Shown: positions 30,677 through 42,766, counted from the stretch's first letter. The stretch: 64,000 bases of DNA from Gammaproteobacteria bacterium (GCA_016179185.1 JACORW010000053.1:357-64356); one strand, 5' to 3'. The notes: generated from the letters alone by a model not told the origin. A program made the numbers and translations.

Positions 30677-31978
30677 TCAGTGCCGTTCGGCGCGGTACTC
30701 CGCCGCCCGGGCATGCGCGGTAAGCCCCTCCGCGCGCGCCAGTACCGAAGCGATGCGGCCAAGTTGCGCGGCGGCTGCGGCCGTACACTGGGTCACCGAC
30801 GTGCGTTTCTGAAAATCCTGCACGCCCAGCGCGGATGAAAAGCGCGCGCTGCGCGCCGTGGGCAGCACGTGATTGGGCCCGGCGCAATAGTCGCCCAGCA
30901 CCTCGGCCGCGTGGCAACCCAGAAACACGGCGCCGGCGTGCCGGACCAGGCCGAGCAATTGCTCCGGCTCCGCAACCGCGAGTTCCAGATGCTCCGGCGC
31001 GATGCGATTGACGGCGGCGGCGGCAGCCAGTCTGTCCGCGACAATGATGCTGGCGCCGTTGCGCTCCAGTGCCGCGCGGATGATGTCCCGCCGTTCCAGA
31101 TCCGGCAACAGGCGCTCCATCTCGGCGCGCACGCGGGCTGCGTGTTCCGTGCCGGTGCAGATCAGGATTGCGCGGGCATCTTCATCGTGCTCCGCCTGCG
31201 CAAACAGATCCATCGCGACCCAGGCCGGATCGGAACTGCCGTCATACACCACGACCACCTCCGAAGGTCCCGCGACCATGTCGATCCCGACGCTGCCGAA
31301 AACCAGACGCTTCGCCGCGGTCACATAGCGGTTGCCCGGACCCACGATCTTGTCCACCGCCGGGATCGTGGCAGTACCCCAGGCCATGGCCGCGATAGCC
31401 TGGGCGCCGCCGACGCTGAATACGCGATCGACGCCGGCGATATGCGCCGCCGCCAGCACCGCGGGATGCAGCTCTCCGCGCGGCGCCGGTGCCGTCATGA
31501 TGATCTCTCCCACCCCTGCCACGCGCGCCGGAACGGCGTTCATCAAGACCGAGGACGGGTAGGCCGCGCGGCCGCCCGGAACGTAGACACCAATGCGATC
31601 CAGCGCCGTGACCCGCTGCCCGAGCCTGACCCCGGTGCCGTCGTCATAGGCCCAGCTTCCCGCATTCTGGCGCAGGTGAAAATCGCGGATCCGCGCCGCA
31701 GCCTGCTCCAGCGCCGCGCGCAAGTCCTGCGCGAGGGATGCCGCGGCCTCCTTGAGCCGCGGGCGCGGCACTTCCAGGTCCGCCGCCGTGACGTTGCGCT
31801 GATCGAATTTGTTGGTGTACTCCACCAGCGCCGCGTCGCCGCGCATGCGCACCTCGCGCAGAATGGACTGCACCGCCAGCGTCAGCTCCGCGTCCAGCTC
31901 ATCGCATCCGGCCAGCAATTGCCCGAGGCGCGCGTCAAAATCCGGTTCGCGCCAGTCAAGTTCCCGCACTTGAATCAC
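30677..31978 (-). CDS. hisD: Histidinol dehydrogenase
   Basis: 433 aa: VYVPGGRAAYPSSVLM...AGPSEVVVV...QAEHDEDA...NHVLPT. Confidence 0.96.
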   Translation of the reverse strand: MIQVRELDWREPDFDARLGQLLAGCDELDAELTLAVQSILREVRMRGDAALVEYTNKFDQRNVTAADLEVPRPRLKEAAASLAQDLRAALEQAAARIRDFHLRQNAGSWAYDDGTGVRLGQRVTALDRIGVYVPGGRAAYPSSVLMNAVPARVAGVGEIIMTAPAPRGELHPAVLAAAHIAGVDRVFSVGGAQAIAAMAWGTATIPAVDKIVGPGNRYVTAAKRLVFGSVGIDMVAGPSEVVVVYDGSSDPAWVAMDLFAQAEHDEDARAILICTGTEHAARVRAEMERLLPDLERRDIIRAALERNGASIIVADRLAAAAAVNRIAPEHLELAVAEPEQLLGLVRHAGAVFLGCHAAEVLGDYCAGPNHVLPTARSARFSSALGVQDFQKRTSVTQCTAAAAAQLGRIASVLARAEGLTAHARAAEYRAERH

Positions 31979-32607
31979 CGGCGCACCAGTTCGCCGAGCC
32001 GGCGCACAAAGGGACGGATGATGTCACCCTTCATCTTCATCGCCGCCTTATTGACGATCAACCGGGCGCTGATCTCCATGATCGTATCCAGCGGCACCAG
32101 ATTGTTCGCCGTCAGTGTCCGGCCGCTGTCCACCAGATCCACTATCCGATCGGCCAGCCCCAGGCCCGGTGCAATCTCCATGGAGCCGTACAGCCGGATG
32201 ATCTCGACCTGCTCGCCGCGATCGGCAAAATAATCCCTGACGGCGCGCACGTACTTGGTGGCGACGCGCATCCGCCCCGGCGCGACAGAGCCCCCCTGCG
32301 GACCCGCCAGCACGAGCCGGCAGCGGGCTACCCCCAGGTCCAGCGGTTCGTACAGCCCGTCGCCGTCGTGCTCGAGCAGGATATCCTTGCCGGAGATGCC
32401 CAGTTCCGCGGCGCCGTGTTCGACGTAGGTGGGAACATCCGCGGCGCGCACCAGCACCAGCCGCACGCCGGCCTGGCTGGTCTCCAGGATCAGTTTGCGG
32501 GACTGCGCCGGATCCTCCACCGGCACGATGCCGAGCTGCGCAAGCAGCGGCAGGGCCTCGTTCAGCACGCGGCCTTTGGAGATGGCAAGTGTCAATGTGT
32601 CAGTCAT
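31975..32607 (-). CDS. hisG: ATP phosphoribosyltransferase, short (HisZ-dependent) form
   Basis: 210 aa: MTDTLTLAISKGRV...RLVLVRAADVPTYVEHGAAELGISGKD...DLVDSGRTL. Confidence 0.95.
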   Translation of the reverse strand: MTDTLTLAISKGRVLNEALPLLAQLGIVPVEDPAQSRKLILETSQAGVRLVLVRAADVPTYVEHGAAELGISGKDILLEHDGDGLYEPLDLGVARCRLVLAGPQGGSVAPGRMRVATKYVRAVRDYFADRGEQVEIIRLYGSMEIAPGLGLADRIVDLVDSGRTLTANNLVPLDTIMEISARLIVNKAAMKMKGDIIRPFVRRLGELVRR

Positions 32608-32633
32608 GGCAAGCGCAATAGTTTTGCATCACT
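32602..32633. repeat. 32-nt direct repeat, copy A (contains the hisG start codon and leader)
   Basis: AGTCATGGCAAGCGCAATAGTTTTGCATCACT is 31/32 identical to 32799-32830. Confidence 0.9.
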
Positions 32634-32798
32634 ACAAGCACGGGCAGAATGATGCAAAGCGTTATGAGCGCAGTCAGGACAAGGCGCGAGCCCCCGACAA
32701 ACCGGACGCCTACAGGGATGTAGGCGGTAGAGCGACGCACGGAGCCAAAGCCGAGCGTAGACGCCAGTACGTGAGGATTTGTCGGGGGTGAGCAACGA

Positions 32799-32830
32799 AG
32801 TCATGGCAAGCGCAATAGCTTTGCATCACT
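32799..32830. repeat. 32-nt direct repeat, copy B (3 nt after the murA stop)
   Basis: AGTCATGGCAAGCGCAATAGCTTTGCATCACT. It is separated from copy A by 165 nt of self-complementary non-coding sequence. Confidence 0.9.
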
Positions 32831-32833
32831 CTG

Positions 32834-34108
<1,275 letters not shown>

Positions 34109-34363
34109 TCAAATCACGCGCATGTCGGACGCTTTTTTCCATTCGTCCGGCGTCAGTGTCTGAATCGAAAGCGCGTGGATCTCGCGGCCCATGCGCTCCC
34201 CCAGCGCCCGATATACCATCTGGTGCCGTTGCACCATGCTGCGGCCGCCGAACTGTTCACTGATGATGACCGCTTCAAAGTGCGTGCCGTCGGCGCCGGT
34301 CACTTCGGCCCGGCAACCGGCGAGGCCGGCCTCGATCAGGCGTCGTATTTCTTCAGGCTGCAT
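34109..34363 (-). CDS. ibaG: BolA-family protein IbaG (YrbA)
   Basis: 84 aa: DGTHFEAVIISEQFGGRSMVQRHQMVYRALGERMGREIHALSIQT. Located upstream of murA as in E. coli. Confidence 0.88.
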   Translation of the reverse strand: MQPEEIRRLIEAGLAGCRAEVTGADGTHFEAVIISEQFGGRSMVQRHQMVYRALGERMGREIHALSIQTLTPDEWKKASDMRVI

Positions 34364-34405
34364 GGCTTGTCACCACAGAGTGCGCGGGAAAATTCCGGAG
34401 CTGCC

Positions 34406-34466
34406 GGGCCGGACGGCACCGGCCCATTGCTGGAGAATGGCGCCGGCGCGGTGCCCCGGCACCGCG
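34406..34466 (-). terminator. Two tandem GC-rich hairpins after mlaC (possible terminator or attenuator)
   Basis: CGCGGTGCC-cc-GGCACCGCG (34447-34466) starts 4 nt after the mlaC stop. A second hairpin is GGGCCGG-acggca-CCGGCCC (34406-34425). The U-tract is weak. Confidence 0.35.
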
Positions 34467-34469
34467 GTG

Positions 34470-35135
34470 TCAATGATAGGCGTGTTCCGCGTCGCCCGCT
34501 GCCTGCTTCGGGCTGACCAGGGAAATCTTCTGATTGCGGTCCACCAGCTTGGCAATCAAATTGTCCAGACCGCCCTTGCTGATCTCCGACGCAAACGAAC
34601 CGCGGTATGTGGACACCAGGCTGACCCCGTCCACGGATACGTCCACCACCTTCCAGGCGCCCCCGCTGATGTGCATGCGGTAGTGGATCGGCGTCGGCGC
34701 GCCGCCGCCGGGCGAATCCACCTCGGTCTTGACCACGACCACGTTGGATTCGGGACTGTTTTCCGCGTTCAGGAATCGAATATCCTCGTCCGAATATTCC
34801 AGCAACGCCTTGGCGTACGTGCGCACCAGCAGGGTGCGGAATTGCGCGGTAAAGGCGTCGCGCTGCTGATCGGTGGCGGCACGCCAGTTGGAACCCAGCA
34901 CCCACTTGGAAATGCTGGGAAAATCGAAGTGCGGGATCACGAGTTCGTGAATCAGGTCGTAAATCTTCTCCGGGTGCGCCTGCAAATCCGCCTTCTGCTC
35001 CCGCAAACGCGCTACCGTCTGATCGGTGGTCGTACGCACGACTTCCTCGGCGGCCGGCACGGCCTGCACCGGACCTGCCTCCAGACCCATCAGACCCGCC
35101 ATTAACACCGGAACAAGCGACTTCACCTTCAGCAT
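34470..35135 (-). CDS. mlaC: Phospholipid-binding periplasmic protein MlaC (Ttg2D family)
   Basis: 221 aa with a signal peptide; IHELVIPHFDFPSISKWVLGSNWRAATDQQRDAFTAQFRTLLVRTYAKAL. Confidence 0.85.
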   Translation of the reverse strand: MLKVKSLVPVLMAGLMGLEAGPVQAVPAAEEVVRTTTDQTVARLREQKADLQAHPEKIYDLIHELVIPHFDFPSISKWVLGSNWRAATDQQRDAFTAQFRTLLVRTYAKALLEYSDEDIRFLNAENSPESNVVVVKTEVDSPGGGAPTPIHYRMHISGGAWKVVDVSVDGVSLVSTYRGSFASEISKGGLDNLIAKLVDRNQKISLVSPKQAAGDAEHAYH

Positions 35136-35391
35136 GGAACGTAATCCTCCGGATAATCAATCATTGAATATGGGGGTTACCGCGACCCGACTCGCCAGGT
35201 GGCCTGCGGTTGATTCGCGCCTCTCGAACCCCCAGGCCGCACAGCATTGTGGCAAACACACCTCAAACGTTGCTTCGAGACCACGTATCTTAAAGGTAAG
35301 GCGGCCGCCTAGAAAGACCCGCCTGGAGAAACACCGGTCCCCGATTCGTCCGGGGAACCTGTTGCGGAGGTTTCTAACAGTTTGATTGGAA

Positions 35392-36018
35392 TTACATTTT
35401 CCGGAATGGTCGCGGCGGAACCGGCAGGCGGCCGCTGACGACGTCCGCGATCGTTGTCACATACAACTCATGCTCCAGCGGCAGCATCCGCTCCGCCAGC
35501 GATTCTGCGGACTCTCCGGGCATTACCGGCACGCGCCGCACGGCAAGCGTCAGCCCGTGATCGTAGTCGGCATCCACGAGGTGCACGGTGATCCCGGTTT
35601 CCTTTTCTCCCGCGGCGATGACGGCGGCATGGACGCGGCTGCCGAACATCCCCTGGCCGCCGTAGCGCGGCAACAGCCCGGGGTGAATGTTGACCACCCG
35701 CGCCGGGAAAGCGGCCAGTGTCTGCGGGCCGAGTCGTTTCATGTATCCCGCCAGGATCACCAGATCCACCGCATGCTGCTTCAGCGCCGCGGTGATGGCC
35801 CGATCCAGCGATTCCGCATCCGGAAAGGCGCCGGCGCCCAGGTGCAGGGCCGGCACGCCGGCCTCGGCTGCGCACGCCAACGCCGGGGCGTCGCGGTTGT
35901 TGCTGATGACGACCGCCGGATCGGCGGCAATCCGGCCATCACGACAGGCCTCGATGATCGCCTGCATGTTGCTGCCGCGATGCGATGCCAGAAATCCCAG
36001 CCGCCAGCGCTTGTTCAT
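35392..36018 (-). CDS. purN: Phosphoribosylglycinamide formyltransferase
   Basis: 208 aa: FLASHRGSNMQAII...VVNIHPGLLPRYGG...GITVHLVDADYDHG. Confidence 0.93.
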   Translation of the reverse strand: MNKRWRLGFLASHRGSNMQAIIEACRDGRIAADPAVVISNNRDAPALACAAEAGVPALHLGAGAFPDAESLDRAITAALKQHAVDLVILAGYMKRLGPQTLAAFPARVVNIHPGLLPRYGGQGMFGSRVHAAVIAAGEKETGITVHLVDADYDHGLTLAVRRVPVMPGESAESLAERMLPLEHELYVTTIADVVSGRLPVPPRPFRKM

Positions 36019-36021
36019 CGG

Positions 36022-37173
36022 TCAGGTGCCCTGCTGAACAGAGAAGCCCAGCCCTTCCAGCGCCTCCCGGATCGCCGCCCGGCCCGGCGGCACGATAATG
36101 CGACGGGCCGGAAATTCGCGCCGCAGGGGATAATTGTTGCGCGCCTCCAGAAACCCCCGGCGCAGCGATCCGGAATTCGACTGCGCCAGGGCACGCAGCA
36201 CGCCGGCATCGGAACGCACGTCGTAGCTGCCGAGCACGGCCATCCGCACCCCCGATTGCAGGTCCAAATCCGGCTCGAGGCGCAATTCCGGATTGCCGGG
36301 TTCGGGCAGCGGCGGCAAACCCACGTCCGGCTCGCGGCCGGAAACATGCCGGCACAGTTTGCCGGCGACGGCGGCCACGGCGCGCAGGCGGCCATCGGTA
36401 CTGTATCCGGCTATGTGCGGCGTTGCGATGTCTGCCTCCCGCAGCAGATCGGCATTCACATCCGGTTCATGGTTCCACACATCAATGACTGCGCGCAAAG
36501 CCGGCCGCGTCCTGAGCGCCTGCACCAGCGCCGCTTCGTCCACGACCTCGCCGCGCGCGCAATTCACGAATATCGCGTCCGGCGGGAGCGCGGCGAGAAA
36601 GGCGGCATCCACCATGCCTGCGGTCGGATGCGGGCCGGTTCCCGTCAGCGGGACGTGCAACGTCACGACATCGGCATCCAGCGCCGCGGCCAGGGGCTGG
36701 AATCGTCTGTCCGAAGTGGCCGCCTGGAGCGGCGGATCATGGAGAATGCAATCCACCCCGGCGGCGGTCAACAACCGCGCCACCCAGGATCCCGCATGAC
36801 CGCAGCCGATGATGCCGGCGCGCATGCCGCGGAGCCGGCGCCCCTGCGTTTCGGTCAGCACCAGCAGCGCCGACAGGACATACTCGGCCACGGAGCGGGC
36901 ATTGCACCCGGGCGCCGCGGCCCACGGGATGCCGGCCTGATCCAGATAGGCCGTGTCCAGATGATCGATGCCGCTGGTGGGGCTGCCGACAAACCGCACG
37001 CGGCTGCCGGCCAGCAGTGCCGCATTGACCCGGGTAGTCGTGCGGACCAGCAGTGCATCGGCGTCACGCAATGTGTCCGGCCCGATGGTGTGCCCGTCAA
37101 CTGCGATTATTTCCCCCAGGGAAGAGAAGAAATGCCGCAGAAAAGGTATGGCGCTGTCGGCAACAATCTTCAT
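36022..37173 (-). CDS. pdxB: Erythronate-4-phosphate dehydrogenase
   Basis: 383 aa: MKIVADSAIPFLRHFF...LLVRTTTRV...GIIGCGHAGSWVARLL, 2-hydroxyacid dehydrogenase fold with the PdxB-type N-terminus. Confidence 0.85.
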   Translation of the reverse strand: MKIVADSAIPFLRHFFSSLGEIIAVDGHTIGPDTLRDADALLVRTTTRVNAALLAGSRVRFVGSPTSGIDHLDTAYLDQAGIPWAAAPGCNARSVAEYVLSALLVLTETQGRRLRGMRAGIIGCGHAGSWVARLLTAAGVDCILHDPPLQAATSDRRFQPLAAALDADVVTLHVPLTGTGPHPTAGMVDAAFLAALPPDAIFVNCARGEVVDEAALVQALRTRPALRAVIDVWNHEPDVNADLLREADIATPHIAGYSTDGRLRAVAAVAGKLCRHVSGREPDVGLPPLPEPGNPELRLEPDLDLQSGVRMAVLGSYDVRSDAGVLRALAQSNSGSLRRGFLEARNNYPLRREFPARRIIVPPGRAAIREALEGLGFSVQQGT

Positions 37174-37181
37174 TCCAATCG

Positions 37182-37206
37182 CCCCTGTGGGGCCGGCCCC
37201 CAGGGG
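37182..37206 (-). terminator. GC-rich hairpin abutting the secF stop codon
   Basis: CCCCTGTGGGGCC / GGCCCCCAGGGG is a near-perfect palindrome. No U-tract, and the pdxB ATG follows 9 nt later. Confidence 0.3.
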
Positions 37207-38142
37207 TCACGGGCGATCGGGCAGCTCCGCGCCTTCCTTCTCCACTGCCAGCATGTCCTGCCGCGTGATCCCGAGCGCGATGCACACCGGGCTGGCGACG
37301 TAGACGGACGAATAGGTGCCGACCACCAGCCCGATGAGCAGCGCGGTGGCGAAGCCCTGGATGGTCTTGCCGCCCCAGAACAACAACGCCAACAATACCA
37401 GAAACGTCGAGACGCCGGTGATGATCGTCCGGCTCAGCGTGTGATTGATCGAGGTATTGAACACCTCGATGACGCCGGCATTGCGCAGCCGGCGGAAATT
37501 TTCGCGCACACGGTCGAAGACGACGATGGTGTCGTTCAGCGAATATCCGATGATGGCAAGGATCGCCGCCATCACCGACAGATCGAATTCCATCTGCGTC
37601 AGCGAGAAGAACCCGACCGTCACGAGCGGGTCGTGCAGCAACGCGACAATGGCGCCGATGGCGAAGCGCGTCTGAAAGCGCAGCGCCACGTACACGAGAA
37701 TGCCGAACAGCGACATGATGAAGGCGATCCCGCCTTTCTCCACCAGTTCCTCGCCCACCTGCGCGCCGACGAATTCCACGCGCCGCACCTGGGTGGATTC
37801 ATCCGCCGCGCCGATGAGTTCGATCACCCGGCCACCGATCTGGGCGCTGTTCATGTCCTTCTGCGGCCCGAGCCGGATCAGCACGTCCTGGGCGGTGCCG
37901 TAATACTGCACGACCGCGCCATGGAATTCGGACTCGTCCAGCCTGCGGCGCAACTCATCCAGGTCCACGGGCGCGGAATAACCCATCTCCACCAGCGTGC
38001 CGCCGGTGAAATCAATGCCGAGGTTCATGCCGCGCACGCCGAGACTCAACAACGTGCCCAATACCAGCAGCACGGAGAACCAGGCCGCGACCTTGCGCGC
38101 CCCCAGGAAGTCAATGTGCGTGGCCTGCTTGAAGAATTCCAT
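37207..38142 (-). CDS. secF: Protein translocase subunit SecF
   Basis: 311 aa: GIDFTGGTLVE...NDTIVVFDRVREN, six TM segments. Confidence 0.96.
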   Translation of the reverse strand: MEFFKQATHIDFLGARKVAAWFSVLLVLGTLLSLGVRGMNLGIDFTGGTLVEMGYSAPVDLDELRRRLDESEFHGAVVQYYGTAQDVLIRLGPQKDMNSAQIGGRVIELIGAADESTQVRRVEFVGAQVGEELVEKGGIAFIMSLFGILVYVALRFQTRFAIGAIVALLHDPLVTVGFFSLTQMEFDLSVMAAILAIIGYSLNDTIVVFDRVRENFRRLRNAGVIEVFNTSINHTLSRTIITGVSTFLVLLALLFWGGKTIQGFATALLIGLVVGTYSSVYVASPVCIALGITRQDMLAVEKEGAELPDRP

Positions 38143-38165
38143 GTTTCAGTCCGCTCCGGGCAGCA

Positions 38166-40022
38166 TCAAATCGGCAGCCCGGCGAGACGCCGGCCGCCGA
38201 AGATCAGATTCACGATTGCCCGGGTCACGGTGATGGCCGAGAACATCGAACAGACGATGCCCAGCGACAGCGTCACGGCGAAACCCTTGATCGGTCCGGT
38301 GCCGATGGCGAACAGGAACAATGCCGAGATCAGGGTCGTGATGTTCGAGTCCCAGATGGTGATGAAGGCGCGCTCGTACCCGGCATGAATGCTGGCGTGG
38401 GGCGAGTTGCCGTTGTGCAGCTCCTCGCGGATGCGCTCGTAGATCAGCACGTTTGCGTCCACCGCCATGCCCACGGTGAGCGCTATGCCGGCAATGCCGG
38501 GCAACGTCAACGTCGCCTGCAGCAGCGACAGCAGCGCCACGACCAGCACGACGTTGATCACCAGCGCCAGATTGGCGACCAGGCCGAACACCCGGTAATA
38601 GATGACCATGAAGATAAACACCAGCATGGCCCCCATCAACGCCGAGAACGAACCCTTTTTGATGTTGTCGCGGCCGAGGCTTGGGCCCACGGTGCGCTCC
38701 TCGACGATCTCGATGGGCGCCGCCAGCGCCCCGGCGCGCAGCAGCAGCGCCAGGTTGCGCGCCTCCTGCGTGGAGTCCAGGCCGGTGATGTGGAAGCGCT
38801 TGCCGAGCTGCTCCCGGATCACGGCGACGTTGATGACCTCCTCGATGAACTCCTTCTTCTTCACCAGCACGCCGCCCTCTTCCACGGTGTCGGTCTTGGT
38901 CTCGATGAACACCACGGCCATGCGCCTGCCGACCTCGTCCCGGGTCGCGCGGCTGAAAATGTTCGCGCCCTTGCCGTCCAGCGTGATGGTGACGTCCGGA
39001 CCGCCGCTGGTCGCGTCTATGCCGGAGGCGGCGTCAATGATGTAGTCGCCGGTCAGGATCACCTGTTTCTTCAGCAGCACCGGCTGGTTGCCCCGGTCGT
39101 AATACAGGCGCGCGCCCGCCGGGACCTTGCCGTCGAGGGCATCCTGAACCGCGTGCTGTTCGTCCACCATGCGAAATTCCAGCGTCGCCGTGGCACCGAG
39201 GATCTCCTTGGCCCGCGCGGTGTCCTGCACGCCCGGCAACTGCACGACCACGCGATTCAATCCCTGTTGCTGGATCACGGGTTCCGCTACGCCCAGCTCG
39301 TTGACGCGCTTGCGCAACGTGGTGATGTTCTGCTGCAGCGCAAAGCGGCGGGTCTCGTTCAGCGCCGTTTCGTTCATGACGGCGTGCAGCTCAATGTCGC
39401 CTGCGTCCGCTTCGCCGGCCGTCAACTGCAAATCACGGTAGGCATCGCCGATCACCTTTATGGCGGCGTCGCGCTCCGCGGCATCTCGGAACCGGACCAT
39501 GATGCCGCCGGACTGCTGCCGGCCGATGGTGCGGTAGCGCAGTTTGTTCTCGCGCAGCAGGGTGCGGAAGTCGGACACGTACCGTTCCTCCGCCTGGCGT
39601 ACGGCCGCGTCCATGTCCACTTCCATCAGGAAATGCACGCCACCGCGCAAATCCAGCCCCAGGAACATCGGTTCCAGTCCATTCCTGCGCAGCCACACGG
39701 GAGTCGCCGGGGCCAGATTAAGCGCCACGACGTAGCCGCGTCCCAGGGATTTTTCCACGATGTCCTGGGCGCGCAGTTGCGTCTCTTCGTCGGCGAATCG
39801 CACCACGAGATTATTGCCGCTGATCTCGGACGATTGCGCCGTGATGCCCGCTTCATCCAGCGCCGCTTCGATTTGAAGCCGGGTCAGGTCGCTTATCTCT
39901 GCGGAAGACGAGGAAACTTGCAGCGCGGGATCCTTGCCGTACAGGTTCGGCAGCGCCAGCACGATGCCCGCGACGACGACAACGAGCACAAGAATGTATT
40001 TCCAGAGCGGATAGCGATTCAT
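38166..40022 (-). CDS. secD: Protein translocase subunit SecD
   Basis: 618 aa: MNRYPLWKYILVLVV...LGLDLRGGVHFLMEVD...DANVLIYERIREE. Confidence 0.97.
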   Translation of the reverse strand: MNRYPLWKYILVLVVVVAGIVLALPNLYGKDPALQVSSSSAEISDLTRLQIEAALDEAGITAQSSEISGNNLVVRFADEETQLRAQDIVEKSLGRGYVVALNLAPATPVWLRRNGLEPMFLGLDLRGGVHFLMEVDMDAAVRQAEERYVSDFRTLLRENKLRYRTIGRQQSGGIMVRFRDAAERDAAIKVIGDAYRDLQLTAGEADAGDIELHAVMNETALNETRRFALQQNITTLRKRVNELGVAEPVIQQQGLNRVVVQLPGVQDTARAKEILGATATLEFRMVDEQHAVQDALDGKVPAGARLYYDRGNQPVLLKKQVILTGDYIIDAASGIDATSGGPDVTITLDGKGANIFSRATRDEVGRRMAVVFIETKTDTVEEGGVLVKKKEFIEEVINVAVIREQLGKRFHITGLDSTQEARNLALLLRAGALAAPIEIVEERTVGPSLGRDNIKKGSFSALMGAMLVFIFMVIYYRVFGLVANLALVINVVLVVALLSLLQATLTLPGIAGIALTVGMAVDANVLIYERIREELHNGNSPHASIHAGYERAFITIWDSNITTLISALFLFAIGTGPIKGFAVTLSLGIVCSMFSAITVTRAIVNLIFGGRRLAGLPI

Positions 40023-40049
40023 CGGTGTACAGGGAAAATTCGGAAATTA

Positions 40050-40376
40050 TTACAGTGTCTTCACGGTGCCTTTCGGCATCACGGCGGAGATGGCGTGCTT
40101 CTGGACCTTCACCTGCACATCCTTGGCGATCTCCAGCAGCAGAAAGCTGTCGCCGATCTCGTTGATCCGCCCCAGCAGCCCGCCGTTGGTGACGACCTCG
40201 TCACCTTTGGCCAGCGACTCCACCATGGTCTTGTGCGCCTTGGCCTGCTTCATCTGCGGCCGGATCAGAATGAAATAGAACACGGCGATCAGGATCACGA
40301 ACATGATCAGGCTGGACATGCCGCTGCCCTGCTGCGGCCCGCCCTGTGCCCACGCGTTGCTGATCAAAAGGTCCAT
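40050..40376 (-). CDS. yajC: Preprotein translocase subunit YajC
   Basis: From ATG 40376: ...LIMFVILIAVFYFILIRPQMKQAKAHKTMVESLAKGDEVVTNGGLLGRI. Confidence 0.93.
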   Translation of the reverse strand: MDLLISNAWAQGGPQQGSGMSSLIMFVILIAVFYFILIRPQMKQAKAHKTMVESLAKGDEVVTNGGLLGRINEIGDSFLLLEIAKDVQVKVQKHAISAVMPKGTVKTL

Positions 40377-40451
40377 GTTCCCCGTGTCCGGTCGGTAAAT
40401 TGTTGCAAATCCGAGGCTTGCATCGCCCCGAGAGGCCCGCAAGGCGGCGTA

Positions 40452-41570
<1,119 letters not shown>

Positions 41571-41727
41571 TCACTCCGGATGAATATTGAGGCACTTCAG
41601 GAAATTGTGTGGCCAATTTGTGGTCATTTTAGAGTTGAGGAAACATGCAGGTGAGCATTTTCAGTCACATTCATTCGGCTGCCCTGCGCGGCCGGGCTTT
41701 TGTGGGGCCGGGTTTACCCGGCCAGCT

Positions 41728-42753
41728 TCATGCAATGAACATCGCATCCCCGTAACTGTAAAAGCGGTATCGCTCCCGCACCGCCTCGCGGTAGGCGCCC
41801 AGCACAGGTTCCCGGCCCGCGAACGCGCACACCAGCATCAGCAGCGTCGAGCGCGGCAGGTGGAAGTTCGTGAGCATCGCATCCACAGTGCGAAAGGGGA
41901 ACCCCGGATAGATGAAGATGTCCGTTTCGCCGCGGGCGGGCCTGAGCGTCCGGTCACGGGACGCGGACTCCAGGCAGCGCACGGCCGTCGTGCCCACCGC
42001 CACGATGCGCCCGCCGCGCCGGCGCGCAGCCGACACCTGTTCGCAGACCTCTTGACCGACTTCGTACCACTCACTGTGCATGCGGTGGGACTCCACATCG
42101 TCGCTGCGCACCGGCTGAAACGTCCCGTGCCCCACATGCAGCGTGACCCGGGCAAGCGTAATGCCACGGGATTCCACTTCGGCGAGCAGCGCCGGTGTGA
42201 AGTGGAGTCCGGCGGTCGGCGCGGCCACCGCCCCGGGCCGCATTGCATAAACGGTCTGGTATTGGGCGCGATCCGCGGGTTCATCGGGCCGCCTGATGTA
42301 GGGCGGTAGCGGCACATGCCCGGCCACGTCCAGCAATTCGGTGAGGCCGCCGCCATCGTCGCGACTCAGCCGGAAAAATTCGCCGTCCCTCCCGGTCACG
42401 CGCAGGCGGACTTCCCCGGGGCTGTCCATGATCAGCAATGCGCCCGGCCGCGGTGCCTTGCTGGTCCGGATCAGCGCGAGACACTCGTGAGGGTCCAGCA
42501 CCCGCTCCACCAGGACCTCCAGCCGCCCGCCGGTCTCCTTGCGCCCGAACAGGCGCGCCGGAATGACGCGCGTATCGTTGAGTACGAGCAGATCACCGGG
42601 CCGCAGGCAGTCGGGAAGGTCCCGGAAGCCGCGATGAGTCACGGCGCCCGTCTGCCGGTCGAGCAGCAACAGCCGCGCGCTGTCCCGCGGCTCGGCCGGA
42701 TGCTGGGCGATGAGTTCGTGGGGAAGCTGGTATTCGAATTCGCTGGCGAGCAA
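41728..42753 (-). CDS. queA: S-adenosylmethionine:tRNA ribosyltransferase-isomerase
   Basis: [25 protein letters not shown]...PLPPYI...TAGLHFT...VGTT. I place the start at TTG 42753, with GAGG 11 nt upstream. The ORF-track ATG 42834 would add 27 non-conserved residues running through a repeat hairpin. Confidence 0.92.
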   Translation of the reverse strand: MLASEFEYQLPHELIAQHPAEPRDSARLLLLDRQTGAVTHRGFRDLPDCLRPGDLLVLNDTRVIPARLFGRKETGGRLEVLVERVLDPHECLALIRTSKAPRPGALLIMDSPGEVRLRVTGRDGEFFRLSRDDGGGLTELLDVAGHVPLPPYIRRPDEPADRAQYQTVYAMRPGAVAAPTAGLHFTPALLAEVESRGITLARVTLHVGHGTFQPVRSDDVESHRMHSEWYEVGQEVCEQVSAARRRGGRIVAVGTTAVRCLESASRDRTLRPARGETDIFIYPGFPFRTVDAMLTNFHLPRSTLLMLVCAFAGREPVLGAYREAVRERYRFYSYGDAMFIA

Positions 42754-42766
42754 GGGCGGAAAAACC

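Noticed and set aside
32604-32804. 66-codon ORF upstream of hisG considered as a classical his attenuator leader peptide
   Set aside because: It has no run of consecutive His codons (only HNALHH), is much longer than known leaders, and has no obvious terminator/antiterminator pair with a U-tract. It is kept only as a coupling uORF hypothesis.
41706-41723. GGCCGGG-(t/a-rich loop)-CCCGGCC hairpins (also 58773-58791 and 58799-58817) considered as a REP family
   Set aside because: There are only three short GC stems of trivial sequence in a GC-rich genome, positioned after stop codons, so ordinary terminator-like hairpins are the simpler reading. This cannot be decided without a genome-wide count.
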